DNA of 64,000 nucleotides from Gemmatimonadales bacterium (GCA_041602035.1 JBFIHA010000002.1:25398-89397); one strand, 5' to 3'; shown: positions 17,775 through 27,089, numbered from the stretch's first letter. A program made the numbers and translations. The notes: a model not told the origin generated them from the letters alone.

Positions 17775-19051
17775 GTCGCTACTACTTCCGAGCGATCCGT
17801 CGCGAGACTCTCGATGGTGACGCCGTCGAGATCCGCGACGGTCGCCCGGAGATCGTCCGCCACTCCCGACGCCCACGTCGGAGCTGCGACCTCGTGGTCT
17901 CCGCGCCAGTGCTCCAACTCGTCGATCGCCCGCTCCGCCCGGAACAGCCATTCCGGGAGGTGATGTTCGTCCGCAAAAGCAACGAGGATCCGTAGCCGTT
18001 CGCGGGCGGCCTGGCGGTGCCCGAATCGCCCAAGCCCCAGGGCCAGTTTGAGCTGGAAGTCCGCCTGCTCGTCAATGGGGAGCCGAGCGTACTCAGAATC
18101 CAGCTCCCGCCGTCGGCGTTCGAACGAGACCCGGTCTCCCGCCAACGCACTCAAGTCGAGCAACTCGACCGTCGCGCGTAGCCGGGTTTCGAGTGGCGGT
18201 TGCCGCTCCAGCACAGCAAGCAACGCCTTGCGGGCGGCGTCCAGGTGTCCGAGCGCCTTCAGAATCTGGCCGGTATCGCTGAGCGCTCTGGTGCGCTGTA
18301 GGGAGCGGGTGTAGAGGCAAAACGCGCGGTAGGCATGCGGCGCCGCCTCCGCGGCCCGCCCCATGTGGAACAGACATCCTGCCAAATCGTGTGACGCTCG
18401 CGCCTCGCTATCCCGGTCGTTCGCACCCGCCGCCTCCGCCAGCACATCTCGCAGCATCAGCTCGGAGGCTGGCAAGTTGCCAGTTTTTTGCAGGGTGTAG
18501 GCGTGACCGATCCTGCTGAGCCGCTCCAAACGATCGTCGCCCAAGGTACGGGCAATCGTTCCGGCCTGGCTGTACGAGCGCAGGGAGCGTTCGAACTCGC
18601 CGCGCTGCCGCAGCACGCGTGCAAGCTCGAGATAGGCCTCCGCGGCTGCCGGGAGCGGCGCATCGCCCAGCAGGTGTAGTCCCGTGCTGATGACGTCCTC
18701 TGCCTCGGCGAAGCGGAGTTCGCCTTCGAGCCACTCACCGTACTGTCGGAGTGCGGGCCACAGCGAGTCTGCGGGGTCCGACGTGAGAGCCCGCTCCGCG
18801 CCACTGAGCACCGCCTCCAGCAGCGTGCGCTCATGGCTGGCCGGAAGTGTCTCGACGAATTCCCGAGTGCCACGGAGTTGGTAGCGGAGTCCGCCCGGGT
18901 CTGCCACCGCTGCGTGGCCTTGGAACCGGTCAGCCAGTCGCAAGGCGAGGAACCCGCCCAGTGGGGTCCGGTCGGGAGCCCCGTGCCGGTTGGCGCGCTC
19001 GAGGAACGCGGCGTGACGCTGGGTTGGCAATGCCGTCTCAGTCTCGGGCAT
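17771..19051 (-). CDS. Tetratricopeptide repeat protein
   Basis: Serial helical repeats (AYLELARVLRQRGEFERSLRSY; ASHDLAGCLFHMGRAAEA; ALSDTGQILKALGHLDAA); no signal peptide or catalytic motif. Confidence 0.85.
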   Translation of the reverse strand: MPETETALPTQRHAAFLERANRHGAPDRTPLGGFLALRLADRFQGHAAVADPGGLRYQLRGTREFVETLPASHERTLLEAVLSGAERALTSDPADSLWPALRQYGEWLEGELRFAEAEDVISTGLHLLGDAPLPAAAEAYLELARVLRQRGEFERSLRSYSQAGTIARTLGDDRLERLSRIGHAYTLQKTGNLPASELMLRDVLAEAAGANDRDSEARASHDLAGCLFHMGRAAEAAPHAYRAFCLYTRSLQRTRALSDTGQILKALGHLDAARKALLAVLERQPPLETRLRATVELLDLSALAGDRVSFERRRRELDSEYARLPIDEQADFQLKLALGLGRFGHRQAARERLRILVAFADEHHLPEWLFRAERAIDELEHWRGDHEVAAPTWASGVADDLRATVADLDGVTIESLATDRSEVVAT

Positions 19052-19135
19052 GCTGACCGGCTCCCGCGAGGAACAGGGCGCGTCCAAAACGCGCTAACTC
19101 AACAGTATGCGCCCCCGGGGATACTGTAGCAAGTC

Positions 19136-19501
19136 TCAGGCCTTCGCCGCCCCGCCCTTCCCACTTTTCCTGATTCGGTCGAGTTCCTTCAAGGTCTCAC
19201 CGACGGTCGATTGCAGGCGCTCAAACCCCGGCGTCTGGGGCGTGATGGACCCGTCCAGCACGCCAAATAGGACGTTTTGGCACACCTGTGCGGCGCGGCG
19301 GAGCCGGAACCGACGCACAAATGCCTGGTAATCGGTGGGACTCTCAGCCGTGAGAATAGCCATGAGCGTCGTGCGCACCCCATCGAGAGTCGCCTTGAAG
19401 TCCTCCAGCATGGTGGCGGCCTGGGCGGGTTCGGTGATGGTCGAGTCCATGGCCTCCAGGGCCTGACGGAGCTCGGCGCGAACCTCGTTCAGCTCCTTCA
19501 T
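19136..19501 (-). CDS. Hypothetical helical protein, paralogue of 19498..19842
   Basis: Shares D..RT....L.AE...DY.....R.R.RRA...C...L.....GS....TPG.E with its neighbour; ATGA coupling. Confidence 0.8.
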   Translation of the reverse strand: MKELNEVRAELRQALEAMDSTITEPAQAATMLEDFKATLDGVRTTLMAILTAESPTDYQAFVRRFRLRRAAQVCQNVLFGVLDGSITPQTPGFERLQSTVGETLKELDRIRKSGKGGAAKA

Positions 19502-19842
19502 CGTCGCTGCCCCTTAGACACCTCCCACAGCTCCAGCAAGGTGGCGTGCATGACCTCGAGGCCCGGTGTGCTCGCGGAGAGAGATCCCGCGTAGAGGTCC
19601 GACAGAATATCCTCGCACGTCTCCACTGCCCGACGGACTCGTGTCCGGCCGAGGAGCCCTTCGTAGTCATCCTGATTCTCGGCCTTGAGCATGATCCAGA
19701 TGCTCGTGCGGAGGTTGTCCACGGCCATCCCGAGGTCTCGCACCCCCTCGAGCGAGCTTGAGCCCTTGGAGATCTGGATGTCCACGATACCGAGTGCGCT
19801 CTTGAGCTCGTCGATACCGTTCTGTATTTCCAGCTTCTGCAT
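19498..19842 (-). CDS. Hypothetical helical protein, paralogue of 19136..19501
   Basis: Same shared pattern as its neighbour; 114 aa. Confidence 0.8.
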   Translation of the reverse strand: MQKLEIQNGIDELKSALGIVDIQISKGSSSLEGVRDLGMAVDNLRTSIWIMLKAENQDDYEGLLGRTRVRRAVETCEDILSDLYAGSLSASTPGLEVMHATLLELWEVSKGQRR

Positions 19843-19952
19843 CGGTCACGCCCAGGAAGGGGTCCGGAGAGTCATCGCCAGTTCTCAGCGCCTAAAGCTG
19901 TGAGGCTGTTGCCTCTGCCGCAATGATCGCACCGGGTTGAACCTCCCAGGAC

Positions 19953-21005
19953 TCAGGCCAACCAGTCGTCGCGATGCTCTGCCACGAACGCGTCGTCCGT
20001 CAGGTGCGGGTATGCTAAGACCACTCGATCGATCTCGTCAGACTGACCGGGAGAAAGGGTCTCGTCGGGGTGCAGGGTCCAGGAGCCGGCAAGCAGGCCC
20101 TGGCGGCATAAGATCTCCTGTATTCCAGGGATGCATCCGGCGTATCCGTGGGCGGTGTCGAAGATCGCTCCATTGGCATCGGTGAGTTGGGCAGCGATCG
20201 TGAGGAGCCTGGGTGGGATGGGCAACCGGTGGGTGACGATCCGTCGGCACTCCGCCAGGAGGTCGGTGGCATGCTTGGTCCACACGGCCCATTGGCCGAG
20301 CACACCGCCAACGACGTGGAGTGCTGCTCCGCCTCCGAGTTGGAGCGGAGTGAGCAGATCGAGCACGATGTGGTCGTCGTTCCCCGTATAGAGGGCAACG
20401 TCATCGCCACGGCCGGCATCGGCCACGGCCCGGGCGACGTCCAGCGTTCGATAGCGATCGAACGGGGCGATCTTGAGTGCCACCAGCCGATCCAGCTCCG
20501 CCAGACGTCGCCAGAACCGATACGGCAGATCGTGCCCGCCGACGGCTGGCTGCAGATAGAAACCCATGACCGGGATGATCTCCGCCACGGCACGGATGTG
20601 CTCGATCATGTGATCGTCCGAGGCGCCGGCTGCATGCCGCAGGTCCACCAGCCCAACGTGATAGCCGAGGTCCACGGCGAGGGTTGCTTCGGTCGTTGCC
20701 TGAGGGATGTCGCCGACGATTCCGGCGATCCTGACGACGGGGTCACGGCTCGTCGACTCGTGCTCAGCGATCGTTGCGGCAGCGAGTGCGAGCACGGGCC
20801 CGTACAGGCCCACCCCCGGATCGTGGATGGCGAACTGCGTCGTGTGCACCCCGACGGCGAGCCCCCCGGCGCCCGCCGCGAGGTAATACCGTGTGAGGGC
20901 CCGTTGTCGGCGCTCGTCAAGGCGCCGGTCCGGCGTCACCGCCAATGGATGGGCCGGAATGACCAGGCCGCGCTGCAGCCGGCCACGAACCTCGTCGACC
21001 GTCAG
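19953..21005 (-). CDS. Dihydrodipicolinate synthase (DapA/NAL) family protein
   Basis: VIPAHPLA, GLAVGVHTTQF, GFYLQ.AVGG, ALKIAPF and LYTGNDD motifs. Probable CTG start overlapping the upstream TGA. Confidence 0.85.
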   Translation of the reverse strand: MTVDEVRGRLQRGLVIPAHPLAVTPDRRLDERRQRALTRYYLAAGAGGLAVGVHTTQFAIHDPGVGLYGPVLALAAATIAEHESTSRDPVVRIAGIVGDIPQATTEATLAVDLGYHVGLVDLRHAAGASDDHMIEHIRAVAEIIPVMGFYLQPAVGGHDLPYRFWRRLAELDRLVALKIAPFDRYRTLDVARAVADAGRGDDVALYTGNDDHIVLDLLTPLQLGGGAALHVVGGVLGQWAVWTKHATDLLAECRRIVTHRLPIPPRLLTIAAQLTDANGAIFDTAHGYAGCIPGIQEILCRQGLLAGSWTLHPDETLSPGQSDEIDRVVLAYPHLTDDAFVAEHRDDWLA

Positions 21006-22027
21006 AAGCGACCTCCCCGTTCCTCGAAGTGGGTGGGTGCGTCGAACGATCGACCGCCCAGGCGCACCCACTCCGCCACCCAGTCGAGGAGCGTATCCAG
21101 CTCCAGTGTTGGCGACCCGAAGACCTGCGCACTCCGAGCAGCATCGCTCAGCAGGGACGACGGCGCTTCCTGGCCGACAAACCGCGCCTCGACGCCGAGA
21201 CGCTCGGCCAAGCGCCGAGCGAGATCGCGGACGGACAGCACCGTCGGCCCGGTCACGTTGAACACGGCGGGTGGTACCGCGCACTGCAGCAGTGCTTCGA
21301 GCGCGACGGCATTGGCATCCCGCTGCCAGATCACGTTCACGTGTCCCGTAGTGAGGTTGACCGGTTGCCCTCGCGACACTTGGTCGGCCAAGTCGCGCAG
21401 CACGCCGTATCGCAATTCCACGGCATAGTTGAGCCGCAGCATCGCCGTTGGCGTGCCGTAGTGTGTCGAGCACCACGTCACGATGCGCTCCCGTGCCACG
21501 GCCGACTGCGCGTACTCGCCGATCGGCTCGAAGGTGTCACTCTCCACCGAACCAGACCCGTCCACGGGGGTGAGCGGGTAGACGTTCCCGGTGGAGAACA
21601 CGATCAGGTTTGAGGTTCGGTAACGACGCGCCACGAGACCGGGCAGGAATGCATTGAGTGCCCACGTGGCTGTGGGGTCTTGGCTCGTGCCGAACTTCTG
21701 ACCTGCCATGAAGACGACGTGTGGTGCCTCGGGAAGGTCGCGCACCACGCCGGGCTCGAGAAGGTCGCATGACACCGTCTCGATGCCGTCCGCCGCGAGG
21801 GCCACTGCGAGCCCGGGAGTGCGAAAGCGAGAGACGGCGATGACCCGTCGCTGTGAACCCGCCTGCTGAGAGGCCCGATGGGCGAGCCGCACCAGACTCG
21901 GACCCATCTTCCCGCCCGCGCCAAGCACGAGGAGGTCGCCTGTCAACTCCTCCATGACCCGGACGTCGCGTGCGGTGGGCCGGGACAGACGCTCGTCGAG
22001 TTCCGCTTCGGTGCGTGGCCCGGCCAA
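21002..22027 (-). CDS. NAD-dependent epimerase/dehydratase family protein
   Basis: VLGAGGKMG Rossmann motif, FSTGNVY and GEYAQS...RER; probable TTG start. Confidence 0.88.
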   Translation of the reverse strand: MAGPRTEAELDERLSRPTARDVRVMEELTGDLLVLGAGGKMGPSLVRLAHRASQQAGSQRRVIAVSRFRTPGLAVALAADGIETVSCDLLEPGVVRDLPEAPHVVFMAGQKFGTSQDPTATWALNAFLPGLVARRYRTSNLIVFSTGNVYPLTPVDGSGSVESDTFEPIGEYAQSAVARERIVTWCSTHYGTPTAMLRLNYAVELRYGVLRDLADQVSRGQPVNLTTGHVNVIWQRDANAVALEALLQCAVPPAVFNVTGPTVLSVRDLARRLAERLGVEARFVGQEAPSSLLSDAARSAQVFGSPTLELDTLLDWVAEWVRLGGRSFDAPTHFEERGGRF

Positions 22028-22073
22028 CGTCAGTGAGGACCGGCGGCGCGCGGACGGTCGGCAGTCAAGGTCA

Positions 22074-22463
22074 TCAGCCCCCGCCGCCGCCACCCAGGGT
22101 GGGAAAGCCCACGGCGGCCGTGAGGCGCAGTGCCTCCTCGGCCGTGAAGCCCCGCCGCACGAGGGCCTCGTAGTAGTTGCGGGTGAACGTCGCGAGACGC
22201 TCGGCACTCTCCGGTTCGCTCAGTACCTCGAGCAGGCCCGTCATCATGCTCTGCATCATTTGCGTGAAGAACGGGTTCATGTACTGCATCTGCTCCATGA
22301 CGAGCGCGAGGGAGTCGGCGAACTCCCCGCCGAACTGTCCAGCGGAATCGCGTGGCGCGGGCTCTTGAGCGCCGGCACTCGAGGGAAAGGCGACAGTGGC
22401 GAGCGTGATCAGCGCCGCGCTCAGCGTCGCGCGGCGACAGCAAGTCCAGATCGTGTGAGGCAT
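22074..22463 (-). CDS. Hypothetical secreted protein
   Basis: Signal peptide ending AGA-Q; Met-rich helix; YEALV..GFT.EEAL motif. Confidence 0.65.
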   Translation of the reverse strand: MPHTIWTCCRRATLSAALITLATVAFPSSAGAQEPAPRDSAGQFGGEFADSLALVMEQMQYMNPFFTQMMQSMMTGLLEVLSEPESAERLATFTRNYYEALVRRGFTAEEALRLTAAVGFPTLGGGGGG

Positions 22464-22551
22464 GCATCGTTCTCCGCGCAGCGGGACATGTTGCGGGACC
22501 ACGAAACGTACGTCGGTCCTATCGACGGTCGCAAAGCCGATGCGGATCGCG

Positions 22552-23523
22552 CTAGCGTGCTCGCTGCAATCGGCCGGTCGCGCGGTCCCACCGCCAGGTG
22601 GCGTCGTCGCCGGCCAGGTGCACCCCACCCAACCACCGGTCGATCCCCTGAAGGTCGACCCAGTCGCCCCGCCCTCGCAGCACCGCCGTGCCGGTCTCCG
22701 TCACTCTGACTGGTCGGCTCCAGAACTCCTCCGGCTGCACCCCGCCCTCCGCGACGACCGGGGTCCCGTCGGCGAACGCCACCAATGCGTGGATGCCGCG
22801 GCTCAGCTCCGTCATGTGGTGGGCGAACACCGAATCACCCAGAAACTCTCGCTCCTCGCGCGCCTGGCTGGCGGCGAACGCCTCACGCAGCGTGGCGGCA
22901 CCGGATGCCAGCGCCTCGAGGCCCTGCTGTTCGGATCGCGACAACCCGTTGGTGGTGGAGGGATACTGCTCGAGGAGACGCACCAGGGCGCCGTGAAGAA
23001 ACGGGAGCGCACTGGTATCCCCCTTCAGCAGGTCGCCGATGCCGGTGGGATCGGGGGATCGAAAGGCGGCCCACGCCTGCCGGCCCAACATGAGCTCCGG
23101 CTCGGTGACCGGTCGCCGTTCCTCAAAACGAGCCGACAGGGCAGTGGATTCGCCGAGGTATTCGGCATCACAGATCAGGGTGAGCGCCGCGGTGCAGCCC
23201 CGTCGGGACGCGAAGTGATCTAGTAGCTGGATCAACTGCAGTTGATCGTAGAGATCGTGCTCGAACCACAGCACGATCTCGTCGTCTCCCGAACACGCTT
23301 CCAGCGTGGCGTCGCGCCGGTCGAACTCGCGCAGTGCCGTGTGGAAGCTCTCCCAACCCCGGTCAGCAATGAACCGGGCCCGCACGGGTCGGAGGTCGGC
23401 GAGCGAAAGGTGAGCCGGGACCGGTCCCTCGTGCAGGACGTCCCGCCAGGCGATGACCTCACCCGGGACGCCCGCGTCGCGGATGCGGCCGGCAGCGTGG
23501 TCGCCGTTGGTCACATGGAGCAT
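22552..23523 (-). CDS. DUF1835 domain-containing protein
   Basis: LHVTNGD, W.DVLHEGPV, LWFEHDLYDQLQL and IDRWLGGV motifs. Confidence 0.85.
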   Translation of the reverse strand: MLHVTNGDHAAGRIRDAGVPGEVIAWRDVLHEGPVPAHLSLADLRPVRARFIADRGWESFHTALREFDRRDATLEACSGDDEIVLWFEHDLYDQLQLIQLLDHFASRRGCTAALTLICDAEYLGESTALSARFEERRPVTEPELMLGRQAWAAFRSPDPTGIGDLLKGDTSALPFLHGALVRLLEQYPSTTNGLSRSEQQGLEALASGAATLREAFAASQAREEREFLGDSVFAHHMTELSRGIHALVAFADGTPVVAEGGVQPEEFWSRPVRVTETGTAVLRGRGDWVDLQGIDRWLGGVHLAGDDATWRWDRATGRLQRAR

Positions 23524-23574
23524 GACGGCCGAGGGCCCATCGGACCGTGTGAGCCGGGTGACACCACGCGTGCG

Positions 23575-25380
23575 TTATCTCATCGAATAGAGCAGCGTCA
23601 CCTCGAGCGAGGTCACGACCGGTTCCCCATCGACATCGCGACCCCGCAGGGTGGTCACGTGCGCGGCGAGGCGGATTCGCTGGTTCTCGATTGCTACCCG
23701 CATGACGTGCGGAGGCATCCGCGACTCCGCGCCCGGTTGGGCGCGGTACGCCTCGGCGCTGTCGATGATCGGTCGCAGGGCGATATCGGCAACGGACGTT
23801 CCACCGTCGAACAGCCGTAGCGCGACGGCTGCTGAGTCGTAGCGAACAACCAGTCTGGTATCGACGACCGTCGAGTCTCGTAGCAGCCCGTCCCCGGTCC
23901 ACGCATAGTCGTAGCCGGCAATCGGAATGGGTATTCCCTCCCACTTGACGGCATACGAGAATGTTCCGGGACGTCGCGCTTCGTATTCCTCGACGTACCC
24001 GACGCCGAAGTGCGTTGCCAGCAGCTCGGCTCGCTCGTCCGCTTCCGACCACGGAGAAGGTGAGGTGCCGTCCCCGATGGTGTCGATGGTGGTCAGGGAA
24101 CCTCCGAACCAGTCGGCGACCGCCCCCGTGCCGTGGGTGCCGACCAAGTAGCGGAGGATCGCGCTGATCTCCCGACGGTCGTCAACCGAGGGCACGACGG
24201 CCGCTTCCCGGATCGTGCCGTCCCGCAGAATCTCGTTAGCGGTCAGGACACGTTCCAGTCGGCGAACTTGGCTCGATTCCGACATCCGATACGCACCCCA
24301 GGGGCCGGCGAACGTCACGAAGGCCACCACACACAGCGACGCGGGGATGATCCGGATGTCGCGAGAGCGTCGGATGGCGTAGTACACCGCCACGCCCGCC
24401 AGCCACACCGACAGCACGGTGAGGAAGTAGCGCCGTTCGGTGATCCCGTACTGGTCGATGCGCTGCCAGATGGCCAGCCACAGCATCACGACCGACGGCA
24501 GGAGGGTGATGTAGAAGGCACGCGAGTACGTGCGGATCCAGCGGTTCTCGGCCCGTTCTGCCACGGGGTGGACGAGGAGGAGGGAGAAGATCCCCACCGC
24601 GGCCACACTCGACACCAGCCATCCAATCCACCCGCTCGGCCACACGGTGGTCACGATGATCTTACCCAGGTAGGTGGTCAGAATGACGAGGTAGACCACG
24701 ACGATGGGAATCAGGACGTACTGTGCAAATACCTTGAGCCCCATCGGATAATCCGAACGTTGCTCCAGAGCGGGGAGGTCCGTGGGGACACCACCGAGGA
24801 AGAACCACGTGTTGAAGAGAAAGGCGATCACGATCCAGAGACGGAGATAGGTCTCCTCGGCAACCTCGAGCGCAAACAGATTGTCCACCGCGGCGAGCGC
24901 GATCGCTAGTCCGGCGTAGAGCACGCCGGAATAGAGAACGGCTAGCAGGAATCGGAGGAACAGCGACTTGTTGTATTCCCAGAACCCCTGGAGCTCGCGG
25001 ACGCCGATGAACGGTGCCACGGCGACGAGAAGGTGCAGCCCGGTGCTAAGCTGGATATACCGGCCGACCGCGACGGGCTCGGACCAGTCGCGCCAACCGA
25101 GATAGAACGCCACGAGTCCCGCGATACCGAGTGCCCAGAGCCCGCTTCGCACTCCCGTGGACCACCGACGGCGCTCCACCAACAGGTCCGTTGCGAAGAA
25201 GAGGGGCAAGCCCAATGCAGCGGTGCCGACGACTCGTCCCCACACCTCTTGGTCGACGGTCTCATAGGTGGCGATGATCCCCGCAGCGGTTGCAACGACG
25301 GCGGCGGCCAGCACCAAGGGGAATCGTGTGAGCGTGGTGCGCATGGCCGAAACGAGTGCGTCGAGCGATGGCAGTTTCAT
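23575..25380 (-). CDS. DUF4153 domain membrane protein
   Basis: RFP start, multiple TMs, RI.QYG.TE.RY and GPW....SQ..RL motifs. Confidence 0.85.
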   Translation of the reverse strand: MKLPSLDALVSAMRTTLTRFPLVLAAAVVATAAGIIATYETVDQEVWGRVVGTAALGLPLFFATDLLVERRRWSTGVRSGLWALGIAGLVAFYLGWRDWSEPVAVGRYIQLSTGLHLLVAVAPFIGVRELQGFWEYNKSLFLRFLLAVLYSGVLYAGLAIALAAVDNLFALEVAEETYLRLWIVIAFLFNTWFFLGGVPTDLPALEQRSDYPMGLKVFAQYVLIPIVVVYLVILTTYLGKIIVTTVWPSGWIGWLVSSVAAVGIFSLLLVHPVAERAENRWIRTYSRAFYITLLPSVVMLWLAIWQRIDQYGITERRYFLTVLSVWLAGVAVYYAIRRSRDIRIIPASLCVVAFVTFAGPWGAYRMSESSQVRRLERVLTANEILRDGTIREAAVVPSVDDRREISAILRYLVGTHGTGAVADWFGGSLTTIDTIGDGTSPSPWSEADERAELLATHFGVGYVEEYEARRPGTFSYAVKWEGIPIPIAGYDYAWTGDGLLRDSTVVDTRLVVRYDSAAVALRLFDGGTSVADIALRPIIDSAEAYRAQPGAESRMPPHVMRVAIENQRIRLAAHVTTLRGRDVDGEPVVTSLEVTLLYSMR

Positions 25381-25426
25381 TCCTTCACCTCGAGAGCGCG
25401 TTTTAGGCGACGTTCACGTCACGATG

Positions 25427-26044
25427 TTAGCGCTCGCGGGTGGCGAGCGGGATGCGAACAGTGAGTCCACCGCGGAGGTCGCCGACACGATAGCCCGTGG
25501 CCTTGTCCTGCGGGTAGCGCGTTGTGAGTACTTGCGTGACTGCCGGGTCGAAGGTCTGCGGATCGCCGTGGCAGGCCAGGCATGGTTGGGTCACTACGAT
25601 CGGCCGGATGTATTGAAGTCGGAACGACCCGTCAGGTCCGGGAATCACGGTCACGATCTCCTGCGCCATGGCCCCCCGTTCGAGCCCCGTCGCCAACTGG
25701 GCGAGCAGCGCCTGCTCGACGGAGTCCGGCGCATTGGCCGGATTCCGCACGCGGGTGCCGACCCGCCGCACGTCGATGCCTGCCTCTCTGTGGCGAGCGG
25801 TTCGAGCCTGCGCCGAATCGGCGCAGAACGCGACCGCTTCGGCCACACCGCCACGTTCGAGTGCGCCGAGCAGCAGCGGCATGAGGTCCGTGCCGAGCGC
25901 AGCGGCCGCACGTCGGGCCTGGGCGATGCTGGCCGAATCTGGGGCTGGGGGGCGATCGGTGGCGGGACGGTTTCCATCGTCGCAGGCCAGCGCGAGGAGC
26001 GCCAAGCTCAGCGGCACACAGGCGAGATACCCATGGCGAGATAT
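25427..26044 (-). CDS. DUF3365 (Tll0287-like) c-type cytochrome lipoprotein
   Basis: LALAC lipobox, RNP.NAPD, CLACHG heme motif and GY..GDLRG. Start is either ATA 26044 (with RBS) or GTG 26017. Confidence 0.88.
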   Translation of the reverse strand: MSRHGYLACVPLSLALLALACDDGNRPATDRPPAPDSASIAQARRAAAALGTDLMPLLLGALERGGVAEAVAFCADSAQARTARHREAGIDVRRVGTRVRNPANAPDSVEQALLAQLATGLERGAMAQEIVTVIPGPDGSFRLQYIRPIVVTQPCLACHGDPQTFDPAVTQVLTTRYPQDKATGYRVGDLRGGLTVRIPLATRER

Positions 26045-26148
26045 GACGCACTCCTCGTTGATGTCGTGCTGTGCTGAATCGCTTCAAGCTGCCGGGAAGA
26101 GGCCATGCTCGCAAGGCAGCGGGTGCGGGTCACTCGGCGTGCGGATGC

Positions 26149-26178
26149 AAAAGGGCTGCCCCGGATCGGGGCAGCCCT
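26149..26178 (-). terminator. Rho-independent terminator after the cold-shock gene
   Basis: AGGGCTGCCCC-GGATC-GGGGCAGCCCT stem followed by a short T run on the minus strand. Confidence 0.8.
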
Positions 26179-26210
26179 GTCGGTTACGGTGCCCGTGAGG
26201 GCGTCAGTCG

Positions 26211-26420
26211 TTACTGAACGACAGTAACGTTCTCCGCCGCGGGGCCCTTCTGGCCCTGCACGACATCGAACTCGACCTTGTCACCCTCGCGCAGGGACTT
26301 GAAGCCGTTTCCCTGGATCGCGCTGTAATGGACGAAGCAGTCCTTCTCGCCGTCGTCCCGGGTCAGGAAGCCGAAGCCCTTGCTGTCGTTGAACCACTTC
26401 ACGGTTCCGGTCGTACGCAT
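26211..26420 (-). CDS. Cold-shock protein (CspA family)
   Basis: GTVKWFN..KGFGF, D.FVHYSAI and KGP.A.NV motifs. Confidence 0.96.
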   Translation of the reverse strand: MRTTGTVKWFNDSKGFGFLTRDDGEKDCFVHYSAIQGNGFKSLREGDKVEFDVVQGQKGPAAENVTVVQ

Positions 26421-26722
26421 GTGCCGTACTCCTTCTGGTGTGTTGATGTTCGTCGGAGTGCGGCGCTGCCGTACAAACCGATCGCTCATCACTGTCCGCG
26501 GTCATTGTGCCCCCGCGTGGGGCTGCCGTCCCAGGGGCAGGTTCGAACCAGACCCTCGACGGCGCTATCCTGTTTGCCAACAGAAGCGGGGACCCGCGCG
26601 CTTCGCCCAGGTCCCCACGTCGTGTTCGCTGGTCAGTCGGCGCGCCTTGTTCCGCGCTCCATGTCGCAGTGGCCAAGGTAACGGGGCTCGTCCCGAAGCG
26701 CTAGGGCCACCCGATGGGCGAG

Positions 26723-26944
26723 TCAGGGTTGGCCTGCCAGCGAGTCGAGCAGTGCCCGACGGGCGGCGGCGGAATCGGAGATATCGAGCGCTCGCTGCAC
26801 GCCCTTGGCACCCGGCAGCTTGGAGGCCCCGAGGACGCTGTCGCGCCTGCGCGCCGCCTCTGGGTCCTGATCCCGACTCGGTGTGTCGGGTGAAGCGCAT
26901 CCGTAGGCGAGAAACAGGAGTGCGGCCACAATCACCATGCGCAT
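26723..26944 (-). CDS. Small lipoprotein
   Basis: MRMVIVAALLFLAYGC lipobox; GGAGG RBS. Confidence 0.7.
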   Translation of the reverse strand: MRMVIVAALLFLAYGCASPDTPSRDQDPEAARRRDSVLGASKLPGAKGVQRALDISDSAAARRALLDSLAGQP

Positions 26945-27089
26945 CGGATCCTCCCAAGGTGACGACGGTGCCAATACGTGGCCGCCACGATGAGGGGGTG
27001 CACTGCCGTGGGCAAGGACCTATCTCACACGTTGCGCACGTCGAGGCCACCCGACCGGCTCGAGACCGAGCGCATTGGCATACCGCACG

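Noticed and set aside
19953-21005. Assigning the symbol dapA
   Set aside because: The active-site motif diverges and there is no lysine-pathway context.
26421-26560. cspA-type thermosensor 5' UTR
   Set aside because: A long leader is plausible, but I cannot recognise a specific structure by eye.
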